This document shows positions 9,143 to 18,042 of a DNA stretch of 46,738 nt, in pieces. The position numbers were made by a program, and so were the translations under genes. The DNA is from Candidatus Dadabacteria bacterium (GTDB lineage Bacteria > Desulfobacterota_D > UBA1144 > Nemesobacterales > UBA2774): assembly GCA_004356555.1 (NCBI GenBank), contig SMWY01000056.1:1-46738 (forward strand), given 5' to 3'. Numbering within the stretch: position 1 is the stretch's first letter; the number at the start of each line of letters is the position of its first letter. The notes under the pieces were generated by a model. That model saw only the letters and a list, made by a program, of their open reading frames with translations, did no database searches and was not told the origin of the DNA.

Positions 9143-9742
9143 ATGCTGACGGCCCCCGTGTTAGTTCTCAATCGTTATTTTGTTCCAGTCACGATTACAA
9201 GTGTCAGAAGAGCTTTTGTAATGCTATATGGCGGTATAGCGAAGGCTGTAGATTTAGAATATAACACCTTTGATTTTGAGTCCTGGTCACAAATTTCTGA
9301 ATTTAAAGAGCAAGACGATGTTATCCGTACTGTAAGCGCAGTTATTAAGACCCCTAGGGTAGTAATACTGATTAGATATGAAGGGGTTATAAGAAAAGAG
9401 GCAAAGTTTAACCGTTTAAATATATTCAGAAGAGACGGGGGAACTTGCCAGTATTGCTATAAACAGTTTTCACGTTCTGAGCTTACTATAGACCATGTTG
9501 TGCCACGCTCAAAGGGTGGTAAGAGTGTATGGGATAATGTAGTTTGTTGTTGTATAGCTTGTAATAGGAAAAAGGGCGGCCAGACCCCGGCACAGGCAAG
9601 AATGAAACTGAGAACCAAGCCTAAGAAGCCGCTTTGGGATCCATTCTCAAATATATATATCAAAGCTGTTAGATATAAAGAGTGGGAGCCTTTCTTGAAT
9701 TTTGTTGATATATCCTATTGGAACGTAGAGCTCGAAGAATAA
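9143..9742 (+). CDS. HNH endonuclease (McrA/COG1403-like)
   Basis: N-terminal VLVLNRYFVPVTITSVRRAF module, then the HNH core CQYC...DHVVPRSKGGKSVWDNVVCCCIACNRKKG. Confidence 0.9.
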   Translation: MLTAPVLVLNRYFVPVTITSVRRAFVMLYGGIAKAVDLEYNTFDFESWSQISEFKEQDDVIRTVSAVIKTPRVVILIRYEGVIRKEAKFNRLNIFRRDGGTCQYCYKQFSRSELTIDHVVPRSKGGKSVWDNVVCCCIACNRKKGGQTPAQARMKLRTKPKKPLWDPFSNIYIKAVRYKEWEPFLNFVDISYWNVELEE

Positions 9743-9784
9743 GCAAGTTATTTTTTATTTCTATAAAATAGATTATTGCTGGTT

Positions 9785-9806
9785 TTTAGCTTATCTATAA
9801 GCTAAA
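9785..9806 (+). terminator. AT-rich hairpin / palindrome after the HNH gene
   Basis: tttagcttat-ct-ataagctaaa, with perfect 10-bp arms, followed by tttattct. It could be a terminator or a protein-binding palindrome upstream of tolB. Confidence 0.35.
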
Positions 9807-9870
9807 TTTATTCTATACATAAGTGACCTTAGTAAACAATTTTCATATAGCACTAAGACGGAGGGTTTTA

Positions 9871-11130
9871 ATGGTTTATAGAGTATTATTCCTAACAATT
9901 GCATTATTCATCGGTATTAGCGGCACATCGTTTTCCCAAATTAGATTGCCCGACGTTACGGGGCCGATAGTACAAAAACTGCCGGTATTTATACCCGATC
10001 TTTCAAGTGTGGGGCCAAGTAACCCGAAGGGAAGAGAGTTTGTAGAAGTATTGAGAAATGATCTTCAGAATGCCGCATTATTTGATGTGAGTTCAGGTGG
10101 CGCAACAATAGGAAATCATAACAACATTAACTTTCAGGCCATTTTTGACGCCGGAGTCGATTACTTGATTGCGGGTCAATATCAAACGGTTGGCAATAAA
10201 ATTAAATTTGCTGTCCAGCTTTATAACGTTAAAGAAGAAAGACCCATATTGGGTAGATCCTATGTTGCTACACCAGGTAGAGTTAGAGAGGCAGCGCATA
10301 AGTTTGCCGACCTCGCCATGAAGCAGATTACTGGTAAAGAGGGATTCTTCACAGCAAAAATAGCTTTTGTTTTGGGTAGCAGAAGCAAGAGAAATCTATT
10401 CTTGATGGATTATGACGGTTTTAATAAAAGACAGCTTACAAGGCATAATTCGCTTCTTATGTCTCCGGATTGTTCCCCTGACGGAAGGCAAATTATATTT
10501 AATTCTGATAAAGTGTGGGATCAGGATTTATATATAATTACCCTGGGATCAAAGATAAAAGAACGCAGGCTGACAAGAGCATTTAAGCTTGAGCAGAGCG
10601 CGGAATGGTCTCCAAGCGGTAAACAGCTGGCATTTAGCGCAAACGGTGATATATACGTTTCAGGTATAAGCGGTAAGGGGGCTCGAAATTTAACACGTTC
10701 ACACTCTATTGACGTATCCCCGGCTTGGTCACCGGATGGGAGCAAAATAGCGTTCGTGTCTGATAGAAGCGGTAATCCTCAGATATATGTTATGAATTCT
10801 AATGGCAGCGGCCTGAGAAGAATCACATCGAGTGGATATAACACGGACCCTTCCTGGTCACCCAACAGAGATGTAAACAAGATTGCTTTTGTTAGGGTAG
10901 AGGGTGGAGCCAATATATACACAATTGATCCAAGTGGCGGCGGGGAGCAAAGACTCACGTTCAGCGGTGGTAGAAATGAAAACCCGGCGTGGTCACCTGA
11001 TGGATATTACATAGCCTTTAGCTCTTCAAGGGCTGGAGCCAAGGATATTTATCTCATGTATGTAAATGGTGAAAATCAGGTGAGGCTCAGTCAGGGCGGC
11101 GGCAAAACATTTCCAACCTGGTGTAAATGA
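9871..11130 (+). CDS. tolB: Tol-Pal system beta-propeller protein TolB
   Basis: Start moved to ATG 9871 (gacggaggg RBS), giving the signal peptide MVYRVLFLTIALFIGISGTSFS. TolB-type N-domain, then repeated propeller blades with WSPSG/WSPDG/WSPN motifs. Confidence 0.9.
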   Translation: MVYRVLFLTIALFIGISGTSFSQIRLPDVTGPIVQKLPVFIPDLSSVGPSNPKGREFVEVLRNDLQNAALFDVSSGGATIGNHNNINFQAIFDAGVDYLIAGQYQTVGNKIKFAVQLYNVKEERPILGRSYVATPGRVREAAHKFADLAMKQITGKEGFFTAKIAFVLGSRSKRNLFLMDYDGFNKRQLTRHNSLLMSPDCSPDGRQIIFNSDKVWDQDLYIITLGSKIKERRLTRAFKLEQSAEWSPSGKQLAFSANGDIYVSGISGKGARNLTRSHSIDVSPAWSPDGSKIAFVSDRSGNPQIYVMNSNGSGLRRITSSGYNTDPSWSPNRDVNKIAFVRVEGGANIYTIDPSGGGEQRLTFSGGRNENPAWSPDGYYIAFSSSRAGAKDIYLMYVNGENQVRLSQGGGKTFPTWCK

Positions 11131-11175
11131 TTTCTTAAGCTGCTTCAACTCATGATATAGAGGTGATAGAATAAA

Positions 11176-11712
11176 TTGAGATTATTTATCGCCGCTTTAA
11201 TTCCAGAGGATATAAGAACCCTATTAACGAATTATATTAATTTCCTAAAGCACAATATTGATGGAGTTAAATGGGAAAAATTCGAAAAACTCCACGTTAC
11301 TCTAAAATTCCTGGGCGATATAGATGAGTCCAGAGTGAATGAGATTTCAAATCTACTTGAAAAACTTGTACACAATTATTCTCCATTTAACACGAGTATT
11401 TTAGATTTTGGCGGATTCCCGGATCTTAAAAATCCAAAGGTGCTATACATTGGCTTATCTCATAACAGTGAGCTTCCTAAATTTCAGAATGAGTTAGAGA
11501 AGAGTCTGTCTGAAATAGGTTTTGAGAAAGAAAAACGTAGATTTATTCCTCATATAACGGTGGGTAGGGTAAAGAAGAGAATTCATATAAAAGAGAGCCT
11601 TCCAATTACTCAAAGTATCTTCGACATTACTCAAATTGGTCTTATAAAGAGTGAGCTTAGACCCGAGGGGTCGGTATATACCCCACTCAAATTATTTAAG
11701 CTTGAAAAATAG
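11176..11712 (+). CDS. thpR: RNA 2',3'-cyclic phosphodiesterase (2H family, LigT/ThpR)
   Basis: Two H-x-T-x motifs, HVTLKFLG and HITVGR, at the expected spacing. TTG start preceded by gaggtga. Confidence 0.9.
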   Translation: MRLFIAALIPEDIRTLLTNYINFLKHNIDGVKWEKFEKLHVTLKFLGDIDESRVNEISNLLEKLVHNYSPFNTSILDFGGFPDLKNPKVLYIGLSHNSELPKFQNELEKSLSEIGFEKEKRRFIPHITVGRVKKRIHIKESLPITQSIFDITQIGLIKSELRPEGSVYTPLKLFKLEK

Positions 11713-11740
11713 GTGTATATGCATTAATATTGTCGAAGTT

Positions 11741-12349
11741 GTGAACAGAGTTGATCCCAGACCGCAAAACAAAGTCTTAGCTGCAATTATTGTTTGGTAT
11801 GCACTTGCCATATTTGCCGGAGGTTCTGGCTTCACCTTGCGTATGGTTCCTCCCTTGCCTCAGATTGTTCTTTTCGGATTAGTTGTTCTCTTATTACTGC
11901 TATATTGGTTATCCCAGAGCTTCAGAAAGTGGGTTCTGTCTGTTAATATCAAATTGCTCGTTGCATTACATCTAACAAGGTTCGTAGGGTTTTACTTCCT
12001 ATTTCTTTACTCCCGCGGTCAGCTACCATACGACTTTGCTGTCCTAGGCGGATGGGGTGATATCATAGTGGCTACGGCTGCCCTATTGGTCATTTTGTTA
12101 GCCACTTTAGTTGGTAAGAGCGGCTGGATAATATGCTTAGTCTGGAATCTTATAGGTCTGGTTGATATACTTTTTGTGATTGCTACGGCGGCAAGACTGA
12201 CAATTGCAGACCCTCAGTCCATGAGTGAGCTGCTAAAGCTGCCTTTAAGCCTCCTACCTACCTTTTTAGTACCAATATTAATTTTTACTCATATTATTAT
12301 TTTTATTAGACTATATAGAGCTAGAAGGGCCGGTTATATAAAACTCTAA
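11741..12349 (+). CDS. Integral membrane protein, function unknown
   Basis: About 6 hydrophobic segments. The track ORF starts at GTG 11651 and overlaps thpR by 62 nt. I prefer the in-frame GTG at 11741, but the start is uncertain. Confidence 0.6.
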   Translation: MNRVDPRPQNKVLAAIIVWYALAIFAGGSGFTLRMVPPLPQIVLFGLVVLLLLLYWLSQSFRKWVLSVNIKLLVALHLTRFVGFYFLFLYSRGQLPYDFAVLGGWGDIIVATAALLVILLATLVGKSGWIICLVWNLIGLVDILFVIATAARLTIADPQSMSELLKLPLSLLPTFLVPILIFTHIIIFIRLYRARRAGYIKL

Positions 12350-12422
12350 ATTTCATTAGCTTCACGGGTAATAATTGATCTAGCTAAGCTGACATTTGAC
12401 AATAATATAGGAGTATAGAGCA

Positions 12423-13118
12423 ATGATTAAGAAACAAGGCTTCCATGGATTTACCAAGGCGACATTCAAGTTCTTTAAAGATCTTGAAAAAAGTAATACA
12501 AAAAAATGGTTTGAAGAAAATAGAAAGATCTACGAAAAAAATGTTCTGGAACCTGCCCAGGAGTTTGTGATGGAGATGGGAGAGCGGCTCAAATCAATAT
12601 CGCCTAAAATAGTAGCGATTCCTAAAACGGATAAATCGATTTTCAGGATTTATAGAGACATGAGATTTAGTAAAGACAAGACCCCTTACAAAACTCATCT
12701 GGGTATTTTCTTTTGGGAAGGGCCAAAAAAGAAGCTCGGGAACCCAGGTTACTACTTACAGCTCGATAAATCTTCAATTTTAATTGCGGGTGGCCTTTAT
12801 AGCCTCCCTAACGATATAGTAAAAACGTACCGCGATGCTATTAGCGACTCGAAAAAAGGAAAGGAAATAGCAAAAATATTAAAAAAGATAACTAAAAATC
12901 CCTCTTACCAATTAGGTGGCATGCATTATAAAAGAGTGCCGAGAGGTTATGACTCTGAAAATCCTAATGTGGATTTACTGCTTCATAACGGACTCTACAT
13001 CTATTATGAAGGGCCAATACCAAAAGAAGTATATTCTAGGGACTTTCTGGATTACTCTTATGGAATATTCAAAGATATGCTGCCTTTACACAACTGGTTA
13101 AAAGATAATATTATATAA
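12423..13118 (+). CDS. DUF2461 (TIGR02453) family protein
   Basis: FHGFTKATFKFFKDLEKSNTKKWFEENRKIYE and FRIYRDMRFSKDKTPYKTHLG are the hallmark blocks of this family as I recall it. RBS taggag. Confidence 0.85.
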   Translation: MIKKQGFHGFTKATFKFFKDLEKSNTKKWFEENRKIYEKNVLEPAQEFVMEMGERLKSISPKIVAIPKTDKSIFRIYRDMRFSKDKTPYKTHLGIFFWEGPKKKLGNPGYYLQLDKSSILIAGGLYSLPNDIVKTYRDAISDSKKGKEIAKILKKITKNPSYQLGGMHYKRVPRGYDSENPNVDLLLHNGLYIYYEGPIPKEVYSRDFLDYSYGIFKDMLPLHNWLKDNII

Positions 13119-13128
13119 TACATCCGAG

Positions 13129-13494
13129 CTAATTATTGTTCTTATCGTATTTACTACGGGATTGTTCAACTTTACTCATATTAAGAGCGCTCCATTTCTC
13201 AAGCTGATTGAATATAGGTATTAATGAATTGCCTAAGTTGGTCATTGAATACACCACTTTGGGAGGTATCTCCATATACTGTTTCCTGTTTATTATGCCG
13301 TCCCTCTGGAGCTCGCGTAGTTGCTGAGTTAACATTCTTTGCGTTACCTCCGGGATCAACCTCCTCAATTCATTAAAGCGCCTTGGGCCCAGATTAATAT
13401 AGTAAAGTATTTCAGACTTCCATTTCCCACCGAATATATTTATTGACCCTGCTATCGGGCAAGTATTGTTCTCTTTTTTGTTTAACTTTTCCAC
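13129..13494 (-). CDS. HxlR/DUF24-family winged-helix transcriptional regulator
   Basis: CPIAGSINIFGGKWKSEILYYINLGPRRFNELRRLIPEVTQRMLTQQLRELQRDGII...VVYSMTNLG. A Cys precedes the first helix, as in thiol-sensing members such as YodB. Confidence 0.9.
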   Translation of the reverse strand: MEKLNKKENNTCPIAGSINIFGGKWKSEILYYINLGPRRFNELRRLIPEVTQRMLTQQLRELQRDGIINRKQYMEIPPKVVYSMTNLGNSLIPIFNQLEKWSALNMSKVEQSRSKYDKNNN

Positions 13495-13521
13495 TTTTTA
13501 TCCATACATAGAGCCTATTAT

Positions 13522-13587
13522 TAGTATACATTTAATACTATATAACAAAAATGTACCTGGTTGTAATATTATACTGAATGATTACAA
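13522..13587. promoter_or_regulatory. Two inverted repeats in the HxlR/DUF5996 divergent promoter region (candidate operators)
   Basis: TAGTAT-acattta-ATACTA at 13522-13540 has perfect 6-bp arms. TTGTAAT-N13-ATTACAA at 13561-13587 has perfect 7-bp arms. Both lie in the 134-bp divergent gap. Confidence 0.35.
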
Positions 13588-13628
13588 TAAAATTCAAGTT
13601 CTTTAAATATTACAGGGGGCCATAAAAA

Positions 13629-14576
13629 ATGACTGAACATATTGAAGATCAAATACAATTCTCTGATTCGGATAGTATATTCCCTCCTTTGCCGATTGAG
13701 GAGTGGGAAGAAACTAAACACACACTCCACCTATTTTTTCAGATAGTTGGAAAAATTCGCCTCACTCTGTTTCCCAAAATGAATCACTGGTGGCACGTTA
13801 CGCTTTATCTTTCTCCAAGAGGAATGACGACCAGACCCATTCCATATGGGAATATCATATTTGAAATCGAATTTGATTTTATTGACCACACAATAATTAT
13901 TAGAACTAGCAACGGTCAGGAAAAATCGTTTGGTCTGGAAGGAATATCCGTTTCAGATTTTTACAAACAAATTACTTCAGCTCTAAACGAACTAGGCATA
14001 GAAGCACATATTAAAGCAACCCCCTACGATGTCCCCTTCGGTAAAGTGCCTTTTGAATCAGACCAAGAGCACTCCTCATATGATAAAGAATACGTAAACA
14101 GATACTGGCGTATTCTCGTACAGGTTAATTCCGTGTTCGAAGAATTTAGAAGCCGTTTTATAGGAAAGAGTACCCCCGTTCATCTTTATTGGCATCATGC
14201 TGACCTAGCCGTTACCAGATACTCCGGCAAGAAAGCGCCTGATTATGAGGGTGGTACTGCCGCCGATAGGGAGGCTTACTCACATGAAGTAATAAGTGTT
14301 GGATTCTGGGCTGGTGATGAGAAGGTAAGAGCACCAGCCTTTTATTCCTACACTTATCCAGAGCCCAAGGGGCTCGCTCAGGAGCCGTTAGCCCCAAAAG
14401 AAGCTTTTTGGAACACTGAAGGCGCGGGATCGATGGCTATATTGATGTATGATGATCTTAGAAAAACGCAGTCCCCAAGGCAAGCCCTATTGGATTATCT
14501 GGAAAGCGCCTATCAGGCAGGGGCTAAGCGCGCAAATTGGAAAATCGAAGAACTGGAATTAAAGATTGCTAAATAG
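13629..14576 (+). CDS. DUF5996 family protein (function unknown)
   Basis: WEETKHTLHLFFQIVGKIRLTLFPKMNHWWHVTLYLSPRGMTT...IEFDFIDH...PVHLYWHHADLAV...EAYSHEV matches my recollection of the DUF5996 consensus blocks. RBS aggggg. Confidence 0.72.
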   Translation: MTEHIEDQIQFSDSDSIFPPLPIEEWEETKHTLHLFFQIVGKIRLTLFPKMNHWWHVTLYLSPRGMTTRPIPYGNIIFEIEFDFIDHTIIIRTSNGQEKSFGLEGISVSDFYKQITSALNELGIEAHIKATPYDVPFGKVPFESDQEHSSYDKEYVNRYWRILVQVNSVFEEFRSRFIGKSTPVHLYWHHADLAVTRYSGKKAPDYEGGTAADREAYSHEVISVGFWAGDEKVRAPAFYSYTYPEPKGLAQEPLAPKEAFWNTEGAGSMAILMYDDLRKTQSPRQALLDYLESAYQAGAKRANWKIEELELKIAK

Positions 14577-14622
14577 CTAAAAATTAACACACGAGTAAAA
14601 TCACTTTTTTAGGAGAAAAAAG

Positions 14623-15267
14623 ATGAGCGATCAGCCAGCTAACGGAATCACAATAGAGATAACGGAAGACGGTCCACTAATAGTTAAGAGGCTTGAAACT
14701 TTAAAAAACTCAAAAGGTGAAAAAGTAGAAGTTCAGAAGATAACGGCTCTATGTAGATGTGGACACTCCTCTAATAAGCCCTTTTGTGACGGTACTCATA
14801 AAAAAGTTGGCTTTACAGGAAAGAGAGAGATTGATAAACCTATAGATAAAGAAAGAGAGTATGGGGGAGAAGACATAGCCATTTACGATAACCGTGTTAT
14901 TTGCTCGCATGCGGGAGAGTGCGTTAGAAATCTTCCTTCTGTATTTCGTCTGGGGGAACGTTCCTGGATAGCTCCTGATAACGCGAGTGTGGAAGAAGTT
15001 ATATCTGTAATTAAGAAATGCCCTTCAGGCGCCTTAAGTTATTCAGTGCAAGGTACTCATCAAAGAGATTTTGACCACTCCCCAGAAATTATAATAACAA
15101 AGAACGGCCCATACAGTGTTACGGGAAATATAGAGATTAATCTTGAAGAAGAATTACAGCCACCTTCAAAAGAGCATTACGTGCTTTGCCGCTGCGGTGC
15201 TTCTAAAAATAAACCTTATTGCGACGGTTCGCATACGGAAGCTGGTTTTACAGACGCAGATAACTGA
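14623..15267 (+). CDS. Iron-sulfur protein: CDGSH domain, divergent 4Fe-4S mono-cluster-like domain, CDGSH domain
   Basis: Two CDGSH signatures, CRCGHSSNKPFCDGTH and CRCGASKNKPYCDGSH. The central CSHAGEC...CPSGAL is typical of the mono-cluster ferredoxin-like domain. RBS aggag. Confidence 0.9.
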   Translation: MSDQPANGITIEITEDGPLIVKRLETLKNSKGEKVEVQKITALCRCGHSSNKPFCDGTHKKVGFTGKREIDKPIDKEREYGGEDIAIYDNRVICSHAGECVRNLPSVFRLGERSWIAPDNASVEEVISVIKKCPSGALSYSVQGTHQRDFDHSPEIIITKNGPYSVTGNIEINLEEELQPPSKEHYVLCRCGASKNKPYCDGSHTEAGFTDADN

Positions 15268-15282
15268 TTTTCATACCAAAGA

Positions 15283-15633
15283 ATGCACATTACAAGAGTT
15301 TATTCAGATAAAGATGGGGAATCTCATTTTGAAGAAATTGAGATAGAATTGAAATCTGCAGGTGAGATTGGACGGTTATCCGATAATTATCCTGTAGAGA
15401 ATATTATTTTTCGTGAAAATGATCCGGATTATGACTACGATTGGCACCCCGCCCCAAAAAGGCAGTACATTATTTTGCTCGATGGTGAGATTGAACTTGA
15501 AGTAAGCGACGGAGAAAAGCGTGTTTTTAGGGGAGGCGATATCATTTTGGTTGAGGATATCTCCGGTAAAGGTCATAGAACTAAATCTATAACAGATAAA
15601 CCCCGAAGATCGATATTTGTCACTATAGAATAG
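15283..15633 (+). CDS. Small cupin-fold protein
   Basis: 116 aa with WHPAPKRQYIILLDGEIELEVSDGEKRVFRGGDIILVEDISGKGH, a single-domain cupin pattern. Starts 15 nt after the CDGSH gene. Confidence 0.7.
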   Translation: MHITRVYSDKDGESHFEEIEIELKSAGEIGRLSDNYPVENIIFRENDPDYDYDWHPAPKRQYIILLDGEIELEVSDGEKRVFRGGDIILVEDISGKGHRTKSITDKPRRSIFVTIE

Positions 15634-15660
15634 ATATTCAAATGCACTAAGAGGTTATAT

Positions 15661-16596
15661 ATGTCAGCTAATATATTGGGTCTTCATCATGTAACGGCAA
15701 TAGCAGGTAACGCTAAAAAGAATTACGAATTTTATACAAAAGTTCTTGGGCTTCGTATTGTTAAAAAGACTGTTAATTTTGATGATCCCGGAACTTATCA
15801 CTTATACTATGGGAATGAAACGGGGGAACCCGGAACTATTCTAACTTTTTCCCCCTGGGACGGGATTAGGAGAGGAAGGATTGGGACAGGACAGGCCACA
15901 TCGACTTCATTTTCAATTCCTGAGCACTCAGCTAGCTTCTGGCTCAATCGTTTTCAAGAGTATGATGTGATTTACGACAATTCCTCTTCGAGATTTGAGG
16001 AAGAGGTTCTTACCTTTTTAGATCCTGACGGTCTTAAACTAGAGCTCGTTTCGCATTCTTCTAAAGACGAAAGAAAGCCCTGGAGCACTTCTGAAATTTC
16101 TCAGGATCGAGCGCTCAAGGGATTTTATAATGTCACGTTAACTTTAGAGGGGTATGAAGGAACTGCAAAGTTGCTGACAGAATTATTTGGTTATGAACTT
16201 GCTGATGAACATATAAACCGTTTCAGATTTGTAAATAAGAACAGCGAAACTGCAAATATTATAGACTTGGTGTGTCTGCCTTCGGGAAAGCGAGGCAGTG
16301 TAGCAGGAGGCAGTGTCCACCATATAGCTTTTAGGGTAGCAAATGAAGGAGAACAGCTCGAAGCTCGAGAAAAATTAATCGAAATGGGATACAACATAAC
16401 TCCCCAGTTAGATAGAAATTACTTCAAGTCGGTATATTTTAGGGAGCCTGGCGGGGTGTTGTTTGAGATAGCGACCGATCTCCCCGGATTTACAGCTGAT
16501 GAAGAAGCCGAAAATCTTGGGCAAGAATTAAAACTGCCCGAGTGGCTTGAGCCGCGGAGAAAAGAGATTGGAAATGTTCTTCCAAAGTTGAGTTAG
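15661..16596 (+). CDS. Ring-cleaving (hydroquinone-type) dioxygenase, VOC/glyoxalase superfamily, MhqO/MhqE-like
   Basis: LGLHHVTAIAGNAKKNYEFYTKVLGLRIVKKTVNFDDPGTYHLYYG and a second VOC repeat with VHHIAFRV...FREPGGVLFEIATD. Confidence 0.88.
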   Translation: MSANILGLHHVTAIAGNAKKNYEFYTKVLGLRIVKKTVNFDDPGTYHLYYGNETGEPGTILTFSPWDGIRRGRIGTGQATSTSFSIPEHSASFWLNRFQEYDVIYDNSSSRFEEEVLTFLDPDGLKLELVSHSSKDERKPWSTSEISQDRALKGFYNVTLTLEGYEGTAKLLTELFGYELADEHINRFRFVNKNSETANIIDLVCLPSGKRGSVAGGSVHHIAFRVANEGEQLEAREKLIEMGYNITPQLDRNYFKSVYFREPGGVLFEIATDLPGFTADEEAENLGQELKLPEWLEPRRKEIGNVLPKLS

Positions 16597-17220
16597 ATGA
16601 GTGAGCAATTAAACTTTAAACACAAATACGTCCCTTCTTCTGACCCTACTAAGGGGAAAACGGTTTTACTACTTCACGGTACCGGGGGAAATGAAGAGAG
16701 TCTTATTCCGATAGTAGAGATGGTTTTGCCTGATGCCGCTATTCTGAGCCCGAGAGGGCAGATTATGGAAAACGGAATGCCCAGGTTTTTCAGAAGGATT
16801 GCAGAAGGAGTTTTTGACCTTGAGGATCTAAAATTCCAAACTCAAGAATTAGCCATATTCATTGAGGCAGCCAGCAAGACATATGGTTTAGAATCTAATG
16901 AGGTTATAGCTCTGGGATATTCAAACGGAGCGAATATTGCTTCAAGTGTAATGCTTACCTATCCGGAGCTCATCTCAAAAGCGGCTTTATTTCACCCGAT
17001 GATTCCGTTTGTTCCCGAAAACCCTCCTGATTTATCTAATACCAGTATATTAATCACGGCGGGCACAAATGATCCGATCGTAAGCCGTGAAGAGACCCTG
17101 GAGCTTAATAACATGTTTCAAGATTACGGTGCCGAAGTTGAAATATTTTGGCATGATAGCGGGCACAATCTTACCAGGGAAGAACTTGATAAAACAAAGA
17201 ATTTCCTTTCTGAATCCTAA
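16597..17220 (+). CDS. Phospholipase/carboxylesterase-family alpha/beta hydrolase, MhqD-like
   Basis: LLLHGTGGNE, nucleophile elbow GYSNGAN, late D and H (GTNDPIV, DSGHNL). Its ATG directly follows the TAG stop of the dioxygenase gene. Confidence 0.85.
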   Translation: MSEQLNFKHKYVPSSDPTKGKTVLLLHGTGGNEESLIPIVEMVLPDAAILSPRGQIMENGMPRFFRRIAEGVFDLEDLKFQTQELAIFIEAASKTYGLESNEVIALGYSNGANIASSVMLTYPELISKAALFHPMIPFVPENPPDLSNTSILITAGTNDPIVSREETLELNNMFQDYGAEVEIFWHDSGHNLTREELDKTKNFLSES

Positions 17221-17244
17221 GTCCGTATTTTTCCAACTAAATAG

Positions 17245-17273
17245 TTGACACAAGATGATAAAAATCAGATATT
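17245..17273 (+). promoter_or_regulatory. Candidate sigma70-type promoter for the GST gene
   Basis: TTGACA (17245-17250), 17-nt spacer, GATATT (17268-17273), about 50 nt upstream of ATG 17324. The -10 element is only a partial match. Confidence 0.3.
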
Positions 17274-17323
17274 GTTTGTATTGGGCTTATTAACTTTGTC
17301 CTGTATGAACGGAGGTTTATTAA

Positions 17324-17989
17324 ATGATTGATCTATATACATCGACTACGCCAAACGGTAGAAAAGCCTCTATTATGTTAGAGGAAATAGGGCTTCCTTA
17401 CAACTTAAAGCATATTCATCTCACCAGAATGGAGCAAAAAGAAGACTGGTATCTAAAGATTAATCCAAATGGTAGAATCCCTACAATTGTAGACCGTGAT
17501 AACGACGACTTCGCTGTGTTTGAGTCGGGTGCTATATTAATATATCTTGCTGAAAAGACTGGAAAATTTCTGCCGTCAGATTATAAAGGGCGTTCCACTG
17601 TGATACAGTGGCTAATGTTCCAGATGGCCGGAATAGGTCCTATGCAGGGGCAGGCAAATGTTTTTTACAGATATGCGCCTGAGAAGATTGAATACGCTAT
17701 CTTACGTTACCAGCGAGAGACCAGGAGACTTTACGAGGTTCTTGAGAATCGTCTTAAAGATAACGAGTATCTTGCAGGGGATTTTTACTCTATTGCCGAT
17801 ATTGCAACATATCCTTGGATTACACTTCACAATTGGGCCGGAGTCGAGATGGATGATCTCGCAAATCTAAAAAGATGGCAAGAAATTATAGCAGAGCGTC
17901 CGGGGGTAATACGGGGTATGAATGTTCCTGAATCAAAACAGTATACTGAAAGTGATGCCGAGAAGAGGGGCTCAACCATGTTGGTCTAA
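17324..17989 (+). CDS. Glutathione S-transferase, nu-class YfcG-like
   Basis: [28 protein letters not shown]...[14 protein letters not shown]...[17 protein letters not shown] closely parallels the E. coli YfcG N-terminus. RBS ggagg. Confidence 0.9.
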   Translation: MIDLYTSTTPNGRKASIMLEEIGLPYNLKHIHLTRMEQKEDWYLKINPNGRIPTIVDRDNDDFAVFESGAILIYLAEKTGKFLPSDYKGRSTVIQWLMFQMAGIGPMQGQANVFYRYAPEKIEYAILRYQRETRRLYEVLENRLKDNEYLAGDFYSIADIATYPWITLHNWAGVEMDDLANLKRWQEIIAERPGVIRGMNVPESKQYTESDAEKRGSTMLV

Positions 17990-18042
17990 CTTCTAATCAG
18001 ACAATATTGTAACGACTCTAGAAAGTTACGGAGGAATTAGCT

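Noticed and set aside
11651-11740. 5' extension of the membrane-protein ORF overlapping thpR by 62 nt
   Set aside because: The extension (MSLDPRGRYIPHSNYLSLKNRCICINIVE) looks non-protein-like and overlaps a well-supported gene. An internal GTG at 11741, just before the first TM helix, is more plausible, though unproven.
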